From: Raillietiella orientalis | Taxonomy: Eukaryota | Direction of reading: 5' to 3' | NCBI GenBank assembly: GCA_036172245.1 | Contig: JAYWIR010000021.1 | Span: 992,001 to 1,056,000, forward strand | DNA length: 64,000 bases | Program-made: the position numbers and the translations under genes | Shown here: positions 51,001 to 64,000 of the stretch, one piece after another | How the letters are laid out: each line of letters starts with the position of its first letter | Position numbering within the stretch: the stretch's first letter is position 1 | Notes under the pieces: model-generated | Told to the model about the DNA's origin: nothing | The model's database searches: none | The model's input: only the letters and a program-made list of their open reading frames with translations

Positions 51001-51199
51001 TAGAAGGCGAGTGAGCTGGTGAACCCCTCCCGTTGGCAACTGTCGCTGCTCGCACTAAGGCCAGATACTGCTGCTGCGGTAAGGGGATAGATAGAAAGTG
51101 GATGATGAGCGATATAGTTCCAAGCAGAACGTGACTCTCGACTTTCGAGTGAAGGATTCTGTGCATCGCTGCTAAGGATCGCGAGCGTGCAGTACGCAA

Positions 51200-51310
51200 T
51201 TCCTCCTCTTCCCTCCCTCCCTCCTCCTCCTCTCTTCCTCCTCCTTCCTTCCTCCCTTCTTCTTCTTCTTCTCTTCTTCCTCCCTTCCTCCTTCTCTTCC
51301 TCCTCCTCTC
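51200..51310. repeat. ~110-nt pure polypyrimidine (CCT/CTT) tract
   Basis: Seen directly in sequence. Confidence 0.9.
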
Positions 51311-53499
51311 AGCGTCCAGATTCATTAGCGTGTGGTCTTTTTTGTGGGGGAGAAATCACGACGTTGCAAGGATGAGGCCGTTTCTCTCGGCAGTGGGGAG
51401 CGCTGCCTCCGCCATGAGAGGATACTGCATGGATGCAAGAACAGATTCAAGCTCATCTCCTCTCGGGCGTAATTAATCATCATAACTGTAGCCACTGGGT
51501 TGTAGTCGGCCTGCATTTTTCTTGCGCCTCTGTTGGGAACGTTAATTGCTCCCGTGATTCTGACAACGCTATTAGGAAGACGCGGATCTCAAACGAGGGG
51601 AAGACAATCAAGGAAAAGAGGACAAAAAACAAAAAAAACCACGGAATGGAGTATCCGTCCTGTCGGCTCGGCGTGCGCTCGTTGCTGTTTCCCCTGTACC
51701 AGATGATCCATTTCAGTGGGATACCCGGTGTCCCGCTTCGCCGTGCAGTGCGCGCGCCCCCTAGGATGCGCGGTCAGGGCTCCCCTGCACGGTGCGTTTC
51801 GGCAGAGCGGACAAGCCGAAATCTTTGATAGGCAAAAATGTCTTCGGCGAGAGCGAGCAGCAGACTGGAAATTAATTTGGAGGAACACCGGAGAAGAAAG
51901 AAAGAGCCTGCCCGCACGCCCGCGCGCGCACGCAAGCACTCACGCAATTTTCCTTCGCTGAATCCAATTTGTTCCTTAATTATTTTGTGGGGCGGTCTTA
52001 GCCGAAGCTGGTATCACTGCATCAGGAGGATCCACGGAAAGGGGGGGGGGGGCTTGCCTTCACTCGTCAGAAGTAGGCTCGTTTCCGGGAAACCGCGAGC
52101 TGTTGCGGCAAGCCATTACCCTCCCTCTCCTTTCCCCCTTCCCCCCATGCTTCCCAGTCTCCGGAAAAGGGGCCATGGAGGCTTCCGCTTCCCTCTGGAA
52201 AGAACCGTCTCCGGACGCAGGACTCCAGCAGCGGCGCCAGCAGTAGCAGAGGCGGGCAGACTGCTGAGGGGGAGCTGACCCCTGGGTTCAGGAGGGCACC
52301 GGGTGCAAAGGGAACGCTCGAGGCGCGCACGCGCCCCCCTGCACGAGCTGGTGGGTCCGGGAACTCCCTCTCACGCCTGCCCTCCAGGAAGGCCGCCGGT
52401 CCTGGCACTCCCCATCTCACCACCAACGAAGCAGGAATTCCAGGAACTCGGGGATAAAGGGAGGAGAGCCGCTGCCTTTCTGGCTGCCCCACTTCCAGGG
52501 ATCCCTGCAGTCCCGTGCACTTCGCGGACTCAGAGAGGACCTGCGGAAGAGCTGAGCGGGAGGACCCTCCTCGTCTCTGGGACGCTGTTTCAGGGATCCC
52601 CAGAGCCCCTCGTCCTCCGATCCCCGAAGCTGCCTCGTATCCAGTCCCTACGGCCAATCGGACCCGAGCTTATCCGCCTCCCCTTCCCCGCTGCCGGAAC
52701 TGCGTCTTCCGGGGAGGGAAGTGGCAGCGGTCGGAAGATCCGGAGTAAATCGCCCACTCTGACGGCCCCGCGCCGCCTGCCCACGGGGCAAAAGGCCAGG
52801 GCCCGCGAGGAGGCTGCCTCCGGAAAGGCGAGCGCGCCTCAGAAGTGCCTCCAAAGGACACTTTCAGGGGGACCGCGGGAGTGCCCTTTGATAATCCGTC
52901 CGCAAAAGGGGATCGGGGGAACGCAGTTGCAAGGTGACGCCGAGTTGCAGCAGGAAGGGGGAGGACGAGAGACCTGACGCGCGCTCGTCCCCTTCAAGAG
53001 CATAGGGAAAGGTGGGGTGAGCGGGGCTTCGAGTGGAACCAGGTGTTGTTCCCGGGACCGCCCGCTCGACTTCCCGGACGTGGGAGCCTGCGACCGCGTG
53101 AGGGCGGGCAGCGGCGGCGAAGAGAGGAGGGAAAGGGAAATGGGAGGGAGGGAAGGAAGGGAGAGAGGGACTCTTCTGTTTCCCGCTCCCCCGCTTCTTC
53201 TCCCCCCATCGTGAGCGGCTCTCGCGGCCAGCCCATCCAGCGGAGGCACTCCTCTCCCCTATTTAAGATCGCCTCCCTCCTTCACCGAGGGCTCAGCGTC
53301 CACTTCCCCACCATCACCCCCTCAGTGAAACCGCGACCCTCCTACCTGGAAGCACAAGGCCCTGCTTCTGCAGGGAGGGCCTCTTCTTGCCCTACTCCCC
53401 ACCCCAGGTCCTCTGCAGCTTGGCTGCTAGTTCTCGCAAGAGAGTCTTAATGGGGTGGGGAAGGACGAGGAGCGGTCTGGACCGAGAAAAGGCGCACGC

Positions 53500-55960
53500 G
53501 CTACAGAAGGTGTGGCGCTCCCTGCGGGCTGCCGGACTCTGAGCAGAAGGGGAGATCGGGAATGGCGGCTGGCCTTTCCTCTTCCCCGACCCTTCGGTTC
53601 CCCTCCCCGCCAGTCTGGGACTCGCCCCATTCTCAGGAAAGAGCAGCGGCCCCGGCTTTCCGGGGAATGCCCCGCTTCTGCTCTGATGTTCGAGGGGCCG
53701 AACACTCTCGAAGACCCTTCTCCCTGCGGTCGCTCCCTTCATTCCCTCGAAGATCTGAGCCCCCGGCCTCGTGGGTCACTCCTCATGCGCTGGTCCCAGC
53801 ACTTCTACCGGCTTCTCTCTGCCTCTTACGGAGGGTCCCACCCCAGGACGCGTTCTCTCTCCAGAGTGAAAGAAGCACTGGAAGGATCGGCATCCCTCCC
53901 AACACGAGGGAAGGGGCTGAGAGCGTGGTCCTTCCGCTCTCTCTCGTCCAGGAGGGAGGGAAAGGGAGCTGAAGGACGCGGTTCTGCGTCCCGGCATTCA
54001 CGAAGATCGCGTCGGAGAGAAGGTTATTCGGAAGGGTTCGGACTATTCGTGCCCGCGGACTACGAAAAAAAAAAAGACTCCGGGAGGCGTCCCAGGTCCG
54101 GACGCTCCCCGAGAGCTCCCTGTTGACTCGCCCCAAGGAACGGTAAGGAGCGGAACGAGGAGGGGTGGACGCGATTACCGAATGAGGATCGAGGACGTGG
54201 GAGGAAGGCCGAGGGGTGAAGAAAGACGAGAGCGGGAGGACCCTCATTCAGATGGAGAGAGGAACGAGGGGAGAGTTCGGATGGAGTAAGGAGGGGCGCC
54301 AGAGGGGGTTCGTTCGGGGGTGGATCCCCTTTCCTCCCCGGTAGTAAGGGAGCAGATGGGAACGAAGGGGAAGGAAGCGACCGGGAGCTGCGGGTGAGGA
54401 GGTTTCCCCTCCCTGTTCCGTCCCTCACCTCCCCGCCTTCCGGGCGGGGTCTGCTGAGACCGGGAGAGGGAGACAGACCTACTTGCCAGCTGGCGGGTAA
54501 GTGGATCGGTCGTCCCTCCTGAACCTTTCGGAAGGGAATCCGGGAACGGGTGTCCCGCATCAAGGCTGCTGACTCCCGGATGGAGAGGTGCAGGCAGCAG
54601 CGAGGGCAGCAGCTATCGGCTTCCCAGAGGGCAGCCGGGGTTCTGCCTTCTGGAGAGAAGGGGGAGGAAGGAGAGCAACCCGGGATGCTGCACGGGACCA
54701 GCTGATCGAACGGGCAGACGCGTCTGCTTCTTCCTGCTACGGCCGCGCACTCTTCTGTCCTTGGAGCCTGCAAACTTCCTCGTGGTCGGAAGGGTGATGG
54801 TGCGAGGGCACTGAAGGAGGCGCGCGGGCCGGCATCGCGTCCTTCGGGAGGAGCACTGCCGAAGCGGAAGCCCCTCGAGGGGACCGCCACAGGTCCCGAG
54901 GCGTTTCCATGATGGAGCGGCTGCTCGCAGAGTAGAAGGCGAGGCGAGAAAATTAGGGAAGACGCTTCTGGCTATGGGACGCAAAGCAGCACGCAGCCTA
55001 GCGAAGCGAGCTGGGAAAGGGCCGGGTACGGCTGGGTACCGACGCCCGGGAAGATGCCCTTCGCGTCCTCCAGCGAGACCTCCAGCGCCTCGGGGGAAGG
55101 GTTCGTGACTTTCCAGGAGTCCTCCGAGAGGGTCTCCCCTTCCGAAAGTGCCGCGGGAGGGAGGCAGAGGAGTGCTGAGCGCGAAGGGCAGCGCAAACGG
55201 CGGCCCCTGCCGAGACCGCCCCACTAGCCCTCCTAGCCCGTGGAATGTCCGACTAGAGGGAGGATGGGCGTGAACTTTTCCTGACCGAAGACGTTTTCTC
55301 CGGAGGGTGCGCCTGTGGCAAGCGGAGCCGTGCGTCGGGTGAGGTGGGCACTGACCGATCCCCTGTTGTTGCTTTCGCCCTCTATTGGGCGAAGGAGTCC
55401 TTGCCATGTCGAGGGAATGGGGAAATGAAGCCGTGGGAATCCAGTGGGCGAGAGAAGGGATGGACTCTGACGGAACCGGGGGGGGGGGAGGCAAGAGTAG
55501 GTTCTTCCTGCTTTGACCGTACGAGATGACCGGAAGTGTCGGCTGGAAGGGCGGATCTGGGACGCCCGTGATGCCCACGTCCCAGGACTGTTGCAATGGC
55601 GTCTTTTGCGCAGTCTCCTCGAACCCTCCTCACCCGGTTCCTCACGACCGTCCCACGGCTGCGCGGGCGATTCGCCCCTGCTTTCGTGAGGGCGACCGAG
55701 CGTAGATGGCGCGCGGTTCGCATCCGGCGAGGATCGCACGCTGCGGCGGCGAGCGATCCAGCGACAACTCACTCGTACCGCGTTTTTCACCTTGGAAACG
55801 CCGGGAGCGGTTCGGCGGCGCCATCCGGAACTTCCCCGCTCTCATCGGGAGGGATGCGGCAGACATTGATCAGCAGCATCAACGGTCTTCCCAATCCCCT
55901 CGAATCTTCGCGGTGATCCCCTCCCTACCCGATCCTCCCCATTAACTAATTACATCCATT
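53500..55960 (+). mobile_element. GC-rich decayed RLE element (RT to C-terminus)
   Basis: EDLSPRP..FYRLLSA..LSRVKEA (RT motifs 1-2), IQMERGTRG, CRL...AHV (knuckle), FHLGNAGS and LISSING (RLE tail), then GTGATCCCCTCCC as at the start of the other 3' UTRs. Confidence 0.5.
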
Positions 55961-58900
55961 ACAATGATTTGTGGGTTTTCCAGCTCCTTCTGGCGAAGGG
56001 AGCGCTCCCGTCAGGAAGGCGCTCCACGCAGGAGGCGCGTCCTGAAGACCTGACATCATCCCTCAGCAACCCCTCCTCCTTGTTTGCCTGCGCTCCCCGG
56101 CAGACTCCCGGTGCCCGTCAAATCGGACGAACTCTGACTTTTGGCGGGAGGGAGCCCGGGGGACCTTCCGCCCGCCGTCCTCTCCCTGCCGAGAAGGCAC
56201 CCTCAGCACCTCTGGCAGGAAACGGATTTGCTCGACGATGCCAAGTCCTCCGGCTGGTCGCTCCTCTGGGGGCGAAAGGGGACCCAAGCAGCTGGGCGCT
56301 CCCCTTCCGCTCCCCTAGAGGGCGTTCTGCACCGCACCCCGGGAGCGTCGGACCAGCCTTTCCTGGTTCGCAGAGGATCCCGGTGGACCCTGTTCACGAG
56401 CCTCCGCGAGGGGGAGACGCGCGAGTCGGAAGGCGAGCCCCCTCCGGGATCCGTCGCAGGACGCCGCTCTGGGGAGAAGGTACCTGGACGACGACTATGA
56501 CTCGAGAGAAGTTCCGGGAGAGGAGGCAGGTAGCCTGAAGAAAGGGGGGAGGATTTTCGAATTCGCTGAGGAGCGGGAAGCTCGCGAACGAGGGCAGCTG
56601 GGTGACAGGGCTGGCATCTGGCGGTGGTTCCGCGAAGCGCTCACGCGATGAGAGAGAGCCGCTTGCCGCCGCCACCCCATCCGGGATGGCTCGTCAGACG
56701 AACGAGGGTAGGGTGGGGGATGGGAGTGCAAAGGGAGCCCGCGCCTTCATGGTCCGCTCCCGAAGGGAGGGGGCGGGAAGGCCATCCCTCCTTCACGAAG
56801 GGAGGCTGCGGCGAGCTGATGGCTGCTGCAGTTCCCCTCTGTTTGCTTCTCTCTCATTGGCTCGCCCGCCTGGAGAACAGAGAGCCTTCCCCTGCGTCAC
56901 TTCCGCGCTCGATCCGACGGGGACGGGGGGCTGCTGGAAGGGGGAGGGGGGGACACGAAGCAAAAGGAAGCACCAAGACCCTGGTGGCAGGCGACAATCC
57001 CTGCTGCTCATGCCACCCCCCACACCATCCCCACGTGGATGCCGACGCCGCCACGCCGGGGGCGGGCCGACGACGTGACCGCAAGCGAGGTGCGGCCGCA
57101 GCGCCGAGGTCTCCAGCAGGTGTCCCTTGTGCGGCGACCTCCCGCGACGGGAGACTTCAAAAAGGGGCCGAGGGAAGAGGGAAGGCGTGCGCACCAGTTG
57201 CGACCCGGCGAACACATGGCGGAGAGGGAGGGCCCGCGGGCCCGCACATCCTGCCCGCCATTTGTTTCTGCTCCCCATGCCCGCTCTCTGAAGCGCGATG
57301 TTCCCGCGCAGTCTCGTGCTCCCCCTCTTTCTGGGCCGGGCAAGTCTGCCGACCTCCCGTCCCCACGTGCGCCTACTTCCCTCTCCCCCTCCTTCCGTTT
57401 TCCACGGGGCCACCCGGCGAGCGGGAGGGGCGTTTCCTTGGCTGCTGCCGCCTTCAAGTCGCTCCGCCTCCGCGCCCCGAACCCGCTGCACCGGAAACCC
57501 CCTCGTTTCGGAACCTTTCCGCCCGCAGCTTCCCCAACGAGATCCCTCGCGCCTGGGGGCACGGAGTCGCTCCCGGTCCGTCCATGTCGCGCGCCTCACA
57601 GCTACTCTGGGAAGTCGGCGGGCATTCCTAGCGGAGGCCTCGATGCGCGAAGACCCCCCACGCCGCCGTGTCCCTGTGACGCATCCCTAGGAAAGAAGAG
57701 AAGGGGTGAGGCAACTTCCGGGTTCAGATGCATCCCCCGGGTCGCAAGGTTTCCTCCAGCAAGACGCCACCAAATGGCTCAGCGGGCTGGCAGATCGTGG
57801 GCGGCGAAAGCGTCCCTGACATCCTGTCTCGCCGTACCCATGCAACCCTTGGAGGGGAGGAGGGGGAAGACGCACTCTCGCGCTGGGAAGACTCTTCCGG
57901 AAAGGAAGGGCGCAGAGGGAGGCGCCGTTCCCGTGGCCCTCTCCCTGAGTCTGAAGGGCCCACAAGGGGGTGAGCTCCTTCCCCCCACCCCCCATCACCT
58001 TCGTCTGAGAGGGGAGCTCGGGACGCACTTTGCTCGCAGGGGGTTCCGTGGCCCGAAGACTGGGAAGGTGAGAGCCCTGGAAGGGGCGGCGGCCATTATT
58101 CCAGAGCCGTGCGCTCGCCTTCCCTCCGCGGTGACGTCACGAGACCGCGCTTTCCGACCTCTGCGGATCACCCAGGCGGGGAACCCGAAAAAAAAGCACG
58201 GCGCGCGCGTCCTGTGGGGAGAGGGAAGGGGGGAGGGCAGGGATGATCCGAGGGCAGAACGCCACCGGTCTTATCGGCGACAGTCGCGAACCCCTGGGAG
58301 GAGCGGAGGAACCTGCGCTCCGGGGACCTTTTCCCCGCGCGCGCAGGCCCCGCGGAGGGCGATGCTGCAGCAGGGGGAGCTCCCGGCGAATCCAGCCCAC
58401 CCGCGGGAGACCACGTCCCGAGCTGGGAGAAAGCCCCTCCCTCCCTCTCTCTCTCTCCCTCGAAGGGACGGGGGACGCCGCGAGAGGAGGAAGCGGGGCC
58501 ACTCCCCCTCCGGACGAGGATAAGGGCCGCCGGTCGGGGCGCGGGGATCGCTCGGCCTCCGAGCGTGCAAGAGAAGCGCCTCCCGGTCCAGCGTCCTGCG
58601 GGAGGCGGGGAGGAGTCGACCTCCTTCCCCGGGTCCATCCTTCCTTCCCTTCCTCTTTTCCGAGAAGTGAGGCAGGCCCCTTTGGGAAAGGGACTAAGAA
58701 GACGGACGAGGGGCCGCAGCGGGAGGCCCCGTGCCCACCCTCCATTCCCACAGGCAGTCATCCTGGCCGGACTCAGGCGACCTCTGCGCCGCCCGTCCGA
58801 CAATACTTCCTCACCGGGAAGAGGGAGGAGTGTCGTTGCCTCGGAGACTTCCACGCGCGCGGGGATCTCCAGCCTCGCGTTTCCCCTCTTCCACCCCCCC

Positions 58901-59399
58901 CCCCCCCCCCATCATTCCTTTGTCTCTCCCCTCTCCCGAGGAGGCGCTGTGGTGCTTCCCGGGCCCATTAACGGAGAAAGCCCTGCGCCATATTGCGCGA
59001 ATCGGAGGTCCGTTCCGGGACCGCGGCTCGCTGCCTGCATCCAAATTTCGGGATTAGGGAGCATTCCCGGATCCGGGTGCCTCCCGCGCGCAGACGGCTC
59101 CCCCCAATAAATCCAGGAAAGAGGCAATTGGAGATGACCGGGAGACGCAGCGGCACGCCAGCGTGCCTTCCTCCGGGATTAGAGCGAGCTCGAGGCACCG
59201 GGATGCTGCGAGATACGATCGCGGAGGAGGAGGAGGGAGCGAGAAGGGGGAGAGGGAGGCCCATTATCGGGAGAGGCGATAAAACCGGCAAGGAAACGCC
59301 GCCGCCACCGTCCACGGATCGCGAAAACTGCGGTCTCGGAGGCGGAGAGGAGGAGAACCGGGAGGGACTTCCCGTCGCCTCCGCTTTCCCTTTCTTTCC

Positions 59400-62300
59400 C
59401 CCTTCCTTCCCTAGCCATTTTAACCGGGAGCCTCCCCCTCTCCCCCTCTTCTCAGGAACCTTTTCCGTTCCGGCTCGCCACCTGAGATCCCCCGGGATCT
59501 CCCGGAAGGCTCTCCTGGGAGGAGGACGTCACCTTCCTCACGAAGGGGGGGGGATCGCGCGCCTCCCGCCTCCCGCAGCCTTCCCTCGGAGGCTCTCGGA
59601 AACACCCGAGGAGGTGCGCCGGGTAGCGGGCACCTTCCTGCCGGCACAACGTCTGAAGGGCCGGAGGGAGGAGTCGAACCGAAAGGCCGCCACGTGCTGC
59701 GCCTCCCCTCGTTCTCCCGCCTTGAGGGCGCGCGCGCATGGTCCGCTCCGCTCCCCTTCCCGGTCCGTCTTGTACCCGGATAATCCCTACGTCCCGACGG
59801 TCGGAGGCAATCCAATCAGGCGAATTGCCGGGAGAGGTTGCCACTCGGTCCCGGCGAGCGGATCGGAGAGAGCGCAGAGGATTAGCGACCCACCGCTCCC
59901 CGGGCACAGAACGGGAGAGCGCTCCCGGGACCGAGTGGAACGGGGAGGGAACAGTACTGCCTCCTGCGGCCATGCAGGGCGCGCACGCCGCGGAGGGATC
60001 GAGCGGCCCGGGACCATCTCAGGTTCTTTCACATGGGGTCGTCCGCAGCGCTCCCATCTCACCCCCATCCTAGGGAGGTGGCTCGTCACCCTCGGAATGC
60101 AGTTCGGGCACGTCCACCTGGAAGGCGAAAACCAGATGGCCGAGTCCCCCAGCCTCCGGACCTTCTGCGATGCACGACGGCGCCCCTCCGGGATGCGCTC
60201 CCCATCTGCTGCTCCCAGTTTCCCCTGGAGGTGCAGAAGAAAGGAACCACGGAGCCACCGGTAGACGCCACAGGATCGGATCGACCAGCCCCTGGTCGAA
60301 CACCCCAGTGCCCAGGCGGCCAGTGCCGCTCCTTCCCTGTGAAGCGCACGCTTCGGAGCCACGAGGAAGGGACGCCCACGAGGAGGAGGAGGGGCCGTGA
60401 ATAAGCAGCCGATGGCCACGTGCTCCCCTTCTTCCTGCTCTCCCCTCCTCCTCTGCGGCTCAAGGGCAGAGGAAGGTGTTGGATGGAGCCAGACGTCTCA
60501 GAAGGTGCTAGCGGAGGGCTCGTTCACGGTGGCCCTTCCCGGTGCCAGGCTCAGCTTGGGAGGGCCTTGGGCGTGTCCCGCCGGAAGCCGTCGCGAGAGA
60601 GGCAGCATCCCCGCCGGCGGGCCACAGGCGGACGAAGGCGAGCGCGCCGCCGCGTGGGCGTGGTCTCCGTTTCCCTGGGGCGGGGCGGGGCAGGTTTTCC
60701 GCGAATGCCCGCTTGTCCTCCTCTTCACCTCCCTCCTGCGTCATCAGCGCGGCTTGGCTGCCATCTGCTGACGGCGCCAGCGTGCTGATCCCCCTCTGAG
60801 CGCATAGCCCGGCGGCGGCGGTGACCTTGGAAGGCAGGCAACACTTGCCCTTTCGAGAGGGAGCAGCACGGGATAAGAAAAACGATCCGACCGACTCGCA
60901 GCAGCAGCAGCCGCATTCTGAGCCCGGAATCCGAAGCCTCCAACGGGAGGAAGGGGGGAGGGAGCTCTGGAACGGTGCGGGGGGGGGGGGGAGAATCCTC
61001 CGGGATCGGGAAGCGCTTCCCGGACGGACGGACTTCCGCTCCGGGTGCGTCTGAAGGAGCGCTCGCTTCCCTTCCCCGCCGCCTCCCTTCCGTGGGATAA
61101 GGAACGCGGGGAGGGAAATGCCGCCGGGAGAGGGAGAGAAAGTGATTCCAGGATTCCAGCATCCCCGTTGCACGCGGCGCGGCATCCCAAGGAAGTGCAG
61201 GAACCAGGAAGCACAGGCTCGAGGGGAAGAGAAGAAGATGCGTTGTCAGCAGCAAGGGAAAAGGCAAAAGAGAAGCTCCGCCGGAGGCATTTCTGGCGCT
61301 GGCGGACCACGGCCGCAGGTTCTCCTCTCCCGCGCTCCTCGCCCGCCCGGCGCGGCACCTGTCCGGGGGCGAGTCGGCGGCTTCTCAGAGCAGGAAGCGC
61401 GGGATGCTCCTGGCATCCAGCCCTTCCCGGATCAGGTGCCGGCGTGGGGTTCCTCGGTGCATAGGGAGAGAGAGCCAGGAACCACTCCCCTTCCTTGCTC
61501 CCCCCACCTCCTACGCGGGAAACGGTGTGCTTCCCGGTCGGTGTCCTACCATCCTTCGTTCCAGACGAAGCGCAGGGATCCCACCCGTAAGTCTCCTCCC
61601 GGCGAACGGGATCTCCGCGGCGCCCAGATTTCGCCGGGAAAGACGTCCGGGAAGTCTGCTGGAGATCAGGACCCGGGACTCGCGTGCGCATTCTCCCAAC
61701 CCTCCCCTCCCCCCACAGCCGGCTTTTCTCCACTCCTGTTTACCCGAGAAGTGCCTCAGGGGAAGCGACAGAGCGCGAAGGATTGTCACCTGGCTCGCGG
61801 CGAACCATATGGGCGCCGTGAGCTCCAGACCCTTGCCTTTCTGGCGCCATTCGGCGTGACATCGCCAGCACCACGGACGCCGGGTGTTGATGGAGGTGGC
61901 GGCGGAACAGTCCAAACTCTGAAGTCACGTGCATGACCCGAGCCGCAGTCAGCAGAGACAGAGGCGCCTAGAGGCGGACGGCGGCGGCGATGGGCGGGAA
62001 CGCGCGCAGATTCTTCTTGGAAGAGCAGGCAGACAGGGAACGTGCGGCGTTCAGGGGGGAAGGAGGAGGGGATTTCAGAAGCAGCGGGAGGACGAAAGCG
62101 GTCGCCGCGAAAGTGGTGGCGGCCGTTTCCTCGGCGACCGTTCTCGTTTCGCTCATCCTTACAGGGAGGAAGGAAGAAGCGCCTTCCCTTCCCAGAGCGT
62201 GGATGCTGGGAGGCCCGGAAGTTTCGCCCGGAACTTCTTCGGGCGTCGGCAACCGGTTCCCGTCCCGGGAAGAGCCGAAGGGGAGCAGGCAGGCAAGCAA

Positions 62301-63050
62301 CGTCCCGCCCCGATGGCCCTGGACCCGTTCTCTTTGCGTCACGAAGAGGAGTAGGGAAGTGGCAGAAAAAGGGTTTGGGGGACCTGCTGAACCCTCTCCC
62401 TCCAGGTTTCCACGGAAACACGTCCACGTGGGGGCCCAACAACCCGCGGAGCATGATACAGCGCCGCATGGAACCAGGAAGGAGCCTGCGTTCGGATCCA
62501 CGTTTGTATTCAAAATTTTGGTACGCAAAAAGATTCTTCTCCACCACTTTTACCAGCTGGCCATTCGGTCGGAAGAGCGATGCTGCCTTCGTGTTCAAAG
62601 TGGTCACTGGTCACGTTGGCCAGCAGGCCAGACGAGACGCGCCCAATGTACGTCGCGGGCGAGCTGCATCCTGGCACGCATCCATCGTCCGTTCCTGGTG
62701 TTCCGCACGTGCGCGCCAGAGGTCTCAACATCTCTAAGAGCTCTTCGCTTCCACTCGTGCCCAGGCTCCCAGGGGCTCCCGGAGGAAACAGTGCTCTTAC
62801 TGGGAACGGCACTCCCTCGGAGGCGAAAAGAAAAAAAGCGTGCGTTTGGTCACCTTCCTTTCCGCACGGCGAGCAAGCTTCGTGGTCGTCCGCCGCGCTT
62901 TTTGCAGCGCCGTCGAAGAGTACCTATCAACTAGGAGGAGGGGGACGTCGAGTGCGATGGCGCTCGCTTAGGAGCTCCGGGGGTACGGCACAAGTCGGCC
63001 CTTTGCCTGACTGGAGGACCCCAACTCCCATGTCCCCCGTGTCGCTCCTT
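59400..63050 (+). mobile_element. Probable heavily decayed RLE element fragments
   Basis: GNPIRRIAGRGCHS (QGCPLS position) near 59805-59850; SKFWY...KSDAAFVFKV (linker) near 62510-62605. Weak. Confidence 0.33.
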
Positions 63051-63099
63051 TGACCCGGTCGACCGTGCCCGCGCCGATTGTGATGAAGAGGGAGTTTCT

Positions 63100-63800
63100 C
63101 TAGGCGGCGGTCTCCTCGTGCGCCAGGCAGATGCGGCGGCGGCCCGCGCCGCTTCTTTCAGGAGCCGCCTGCGTGGGCTTGGGTGGCGGGCAGCAGGTGA
63201 AGCGGCGGCCGACAGGTGGTGCTTGGCGCTTGCAAGAGGCGGCTCGGGGCCCGCTGCTTCCCAAAGCGGGTCACGGCCTTCCCTTGACTGGCTGCTCAGC
63301 CCGGATCAGGAAGGAGCGTCGTCCTCTTCCCAGCACTTCCTGGACCTCGGGAGTGCACCAGGGAGAAGAGTCCCACCTGCTTTCCTGCCGTGGCCGCGCA
63401 GAGCGGGACACACCCGCCGGGACAGCGGGAAAATACGTGACTGAAGGTCTTGCTGACCATGCCAGGCCACAGGTCGCGAGCTGCACTTTGAAACTGCCCG
63501 AAAACTGCTTTGAAACTGGCTCCTGCTGACCCCGCTCTCCTCCGTGTCCTTGCAACGAAGGCCGGCCACGGTTGGCCAAATCCATGAGGAACGGCGCAAA
63601 AGACGGGTAGCCTGGACAACGCTCTCCGGCTTGACGCGGCGCTTCCGAGCTCAGAATGCGGGCGCCGGGAGGCAGGAAGACCCAGCGCCGCGCAAGAAGA
63701 ACATCCACCAAGGCGGGTCATTCGCTCCAGATGGTCAGCCGTCGGCTCAAGAGAAGAGCGAACGAGCTTCACGGTGAGCGAAGAGGAAGAGATCAGGAGT
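63100..63800 (-). mobile_element. RT fragment of an RLE element
   Basis: ORF 63271..63711: VLLARRW...ILSSE...FLMDLANRGRPSL (ILAxRL..ILSxEQ..LDLANAFxSV). Confidence 0.5.
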
Positions 63801-64000
63801 CTGCGTGCTCCCTTTGATGCATCGAGTGGATCCCTTGCAAGGAGCCCGGGTCAAAAGCAAAGCTAAGTCTCTCCTTATACGGGGGGGGGGGGGAAGAAGA
63901 AGAAGAAGAAGAAAACGATGGAGTGGGTTGGCTGGCGGCTGTTGGCGACTTGTGGGAATTGAGAATGGACTCCAGGAAGGGCGGGCCGGCTCCATATTCT

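Noticed and set aside
1..64000. CRISPR array, prokaryotic operon, rRNA or tRNA genes
   Set aside because: No regularly spaced repeats, operon-like ORF packing or recognisable RNA genes; spliceosomal introns show the DNA is eukaryotic.

Overview
This is eukaryotic DNA, most likely animal. It holds one intact host gene: a 7-exon, 328-codon glyoxylate/hydroxypyruvate reductase (GRHPR) on the minus strand (7511-8741), split by six tiny 35-44 nt GT-AG introns. Nearly everything else (about 1.9-6.7 kb and 8.9-64 kb) is a dense graveyard of about 25-30 decayed non-LTR retrotransposons of the restriction-like endonuclease (RLE) type (R2/NeSL/Utopia-like). I recognised them by eye from frameshifted remnants of N-terminal C2H2/Myb motifs, RT motifs, CCHC knuckles and one clear PD..D..K endonuclease domain. 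Most point to the right and some are nested. No intact element ORF and no rDNA, U2 or SL target gene is visible. The main unexplained structures are three. (1) A ~500-nt repeat rich in cUUCGg hairpins that, in both copies, lies upstream of an element's zinc-finger/Myb N-terminus: a candidate structured 5' leader. (2) A conserved AATAAA-like signal plus GC stem-loop 3' terminus with no poly(A), seen six times; two of these copies are bounded by 12-15 bp target-site duplications (TSDs). (3) Three near-identical 150-430 bp patches shared between otherwise deeply diverged relics. Most long ORFs in the GC-rich right half are spurious. Element boundaries without TSDs are approximate.
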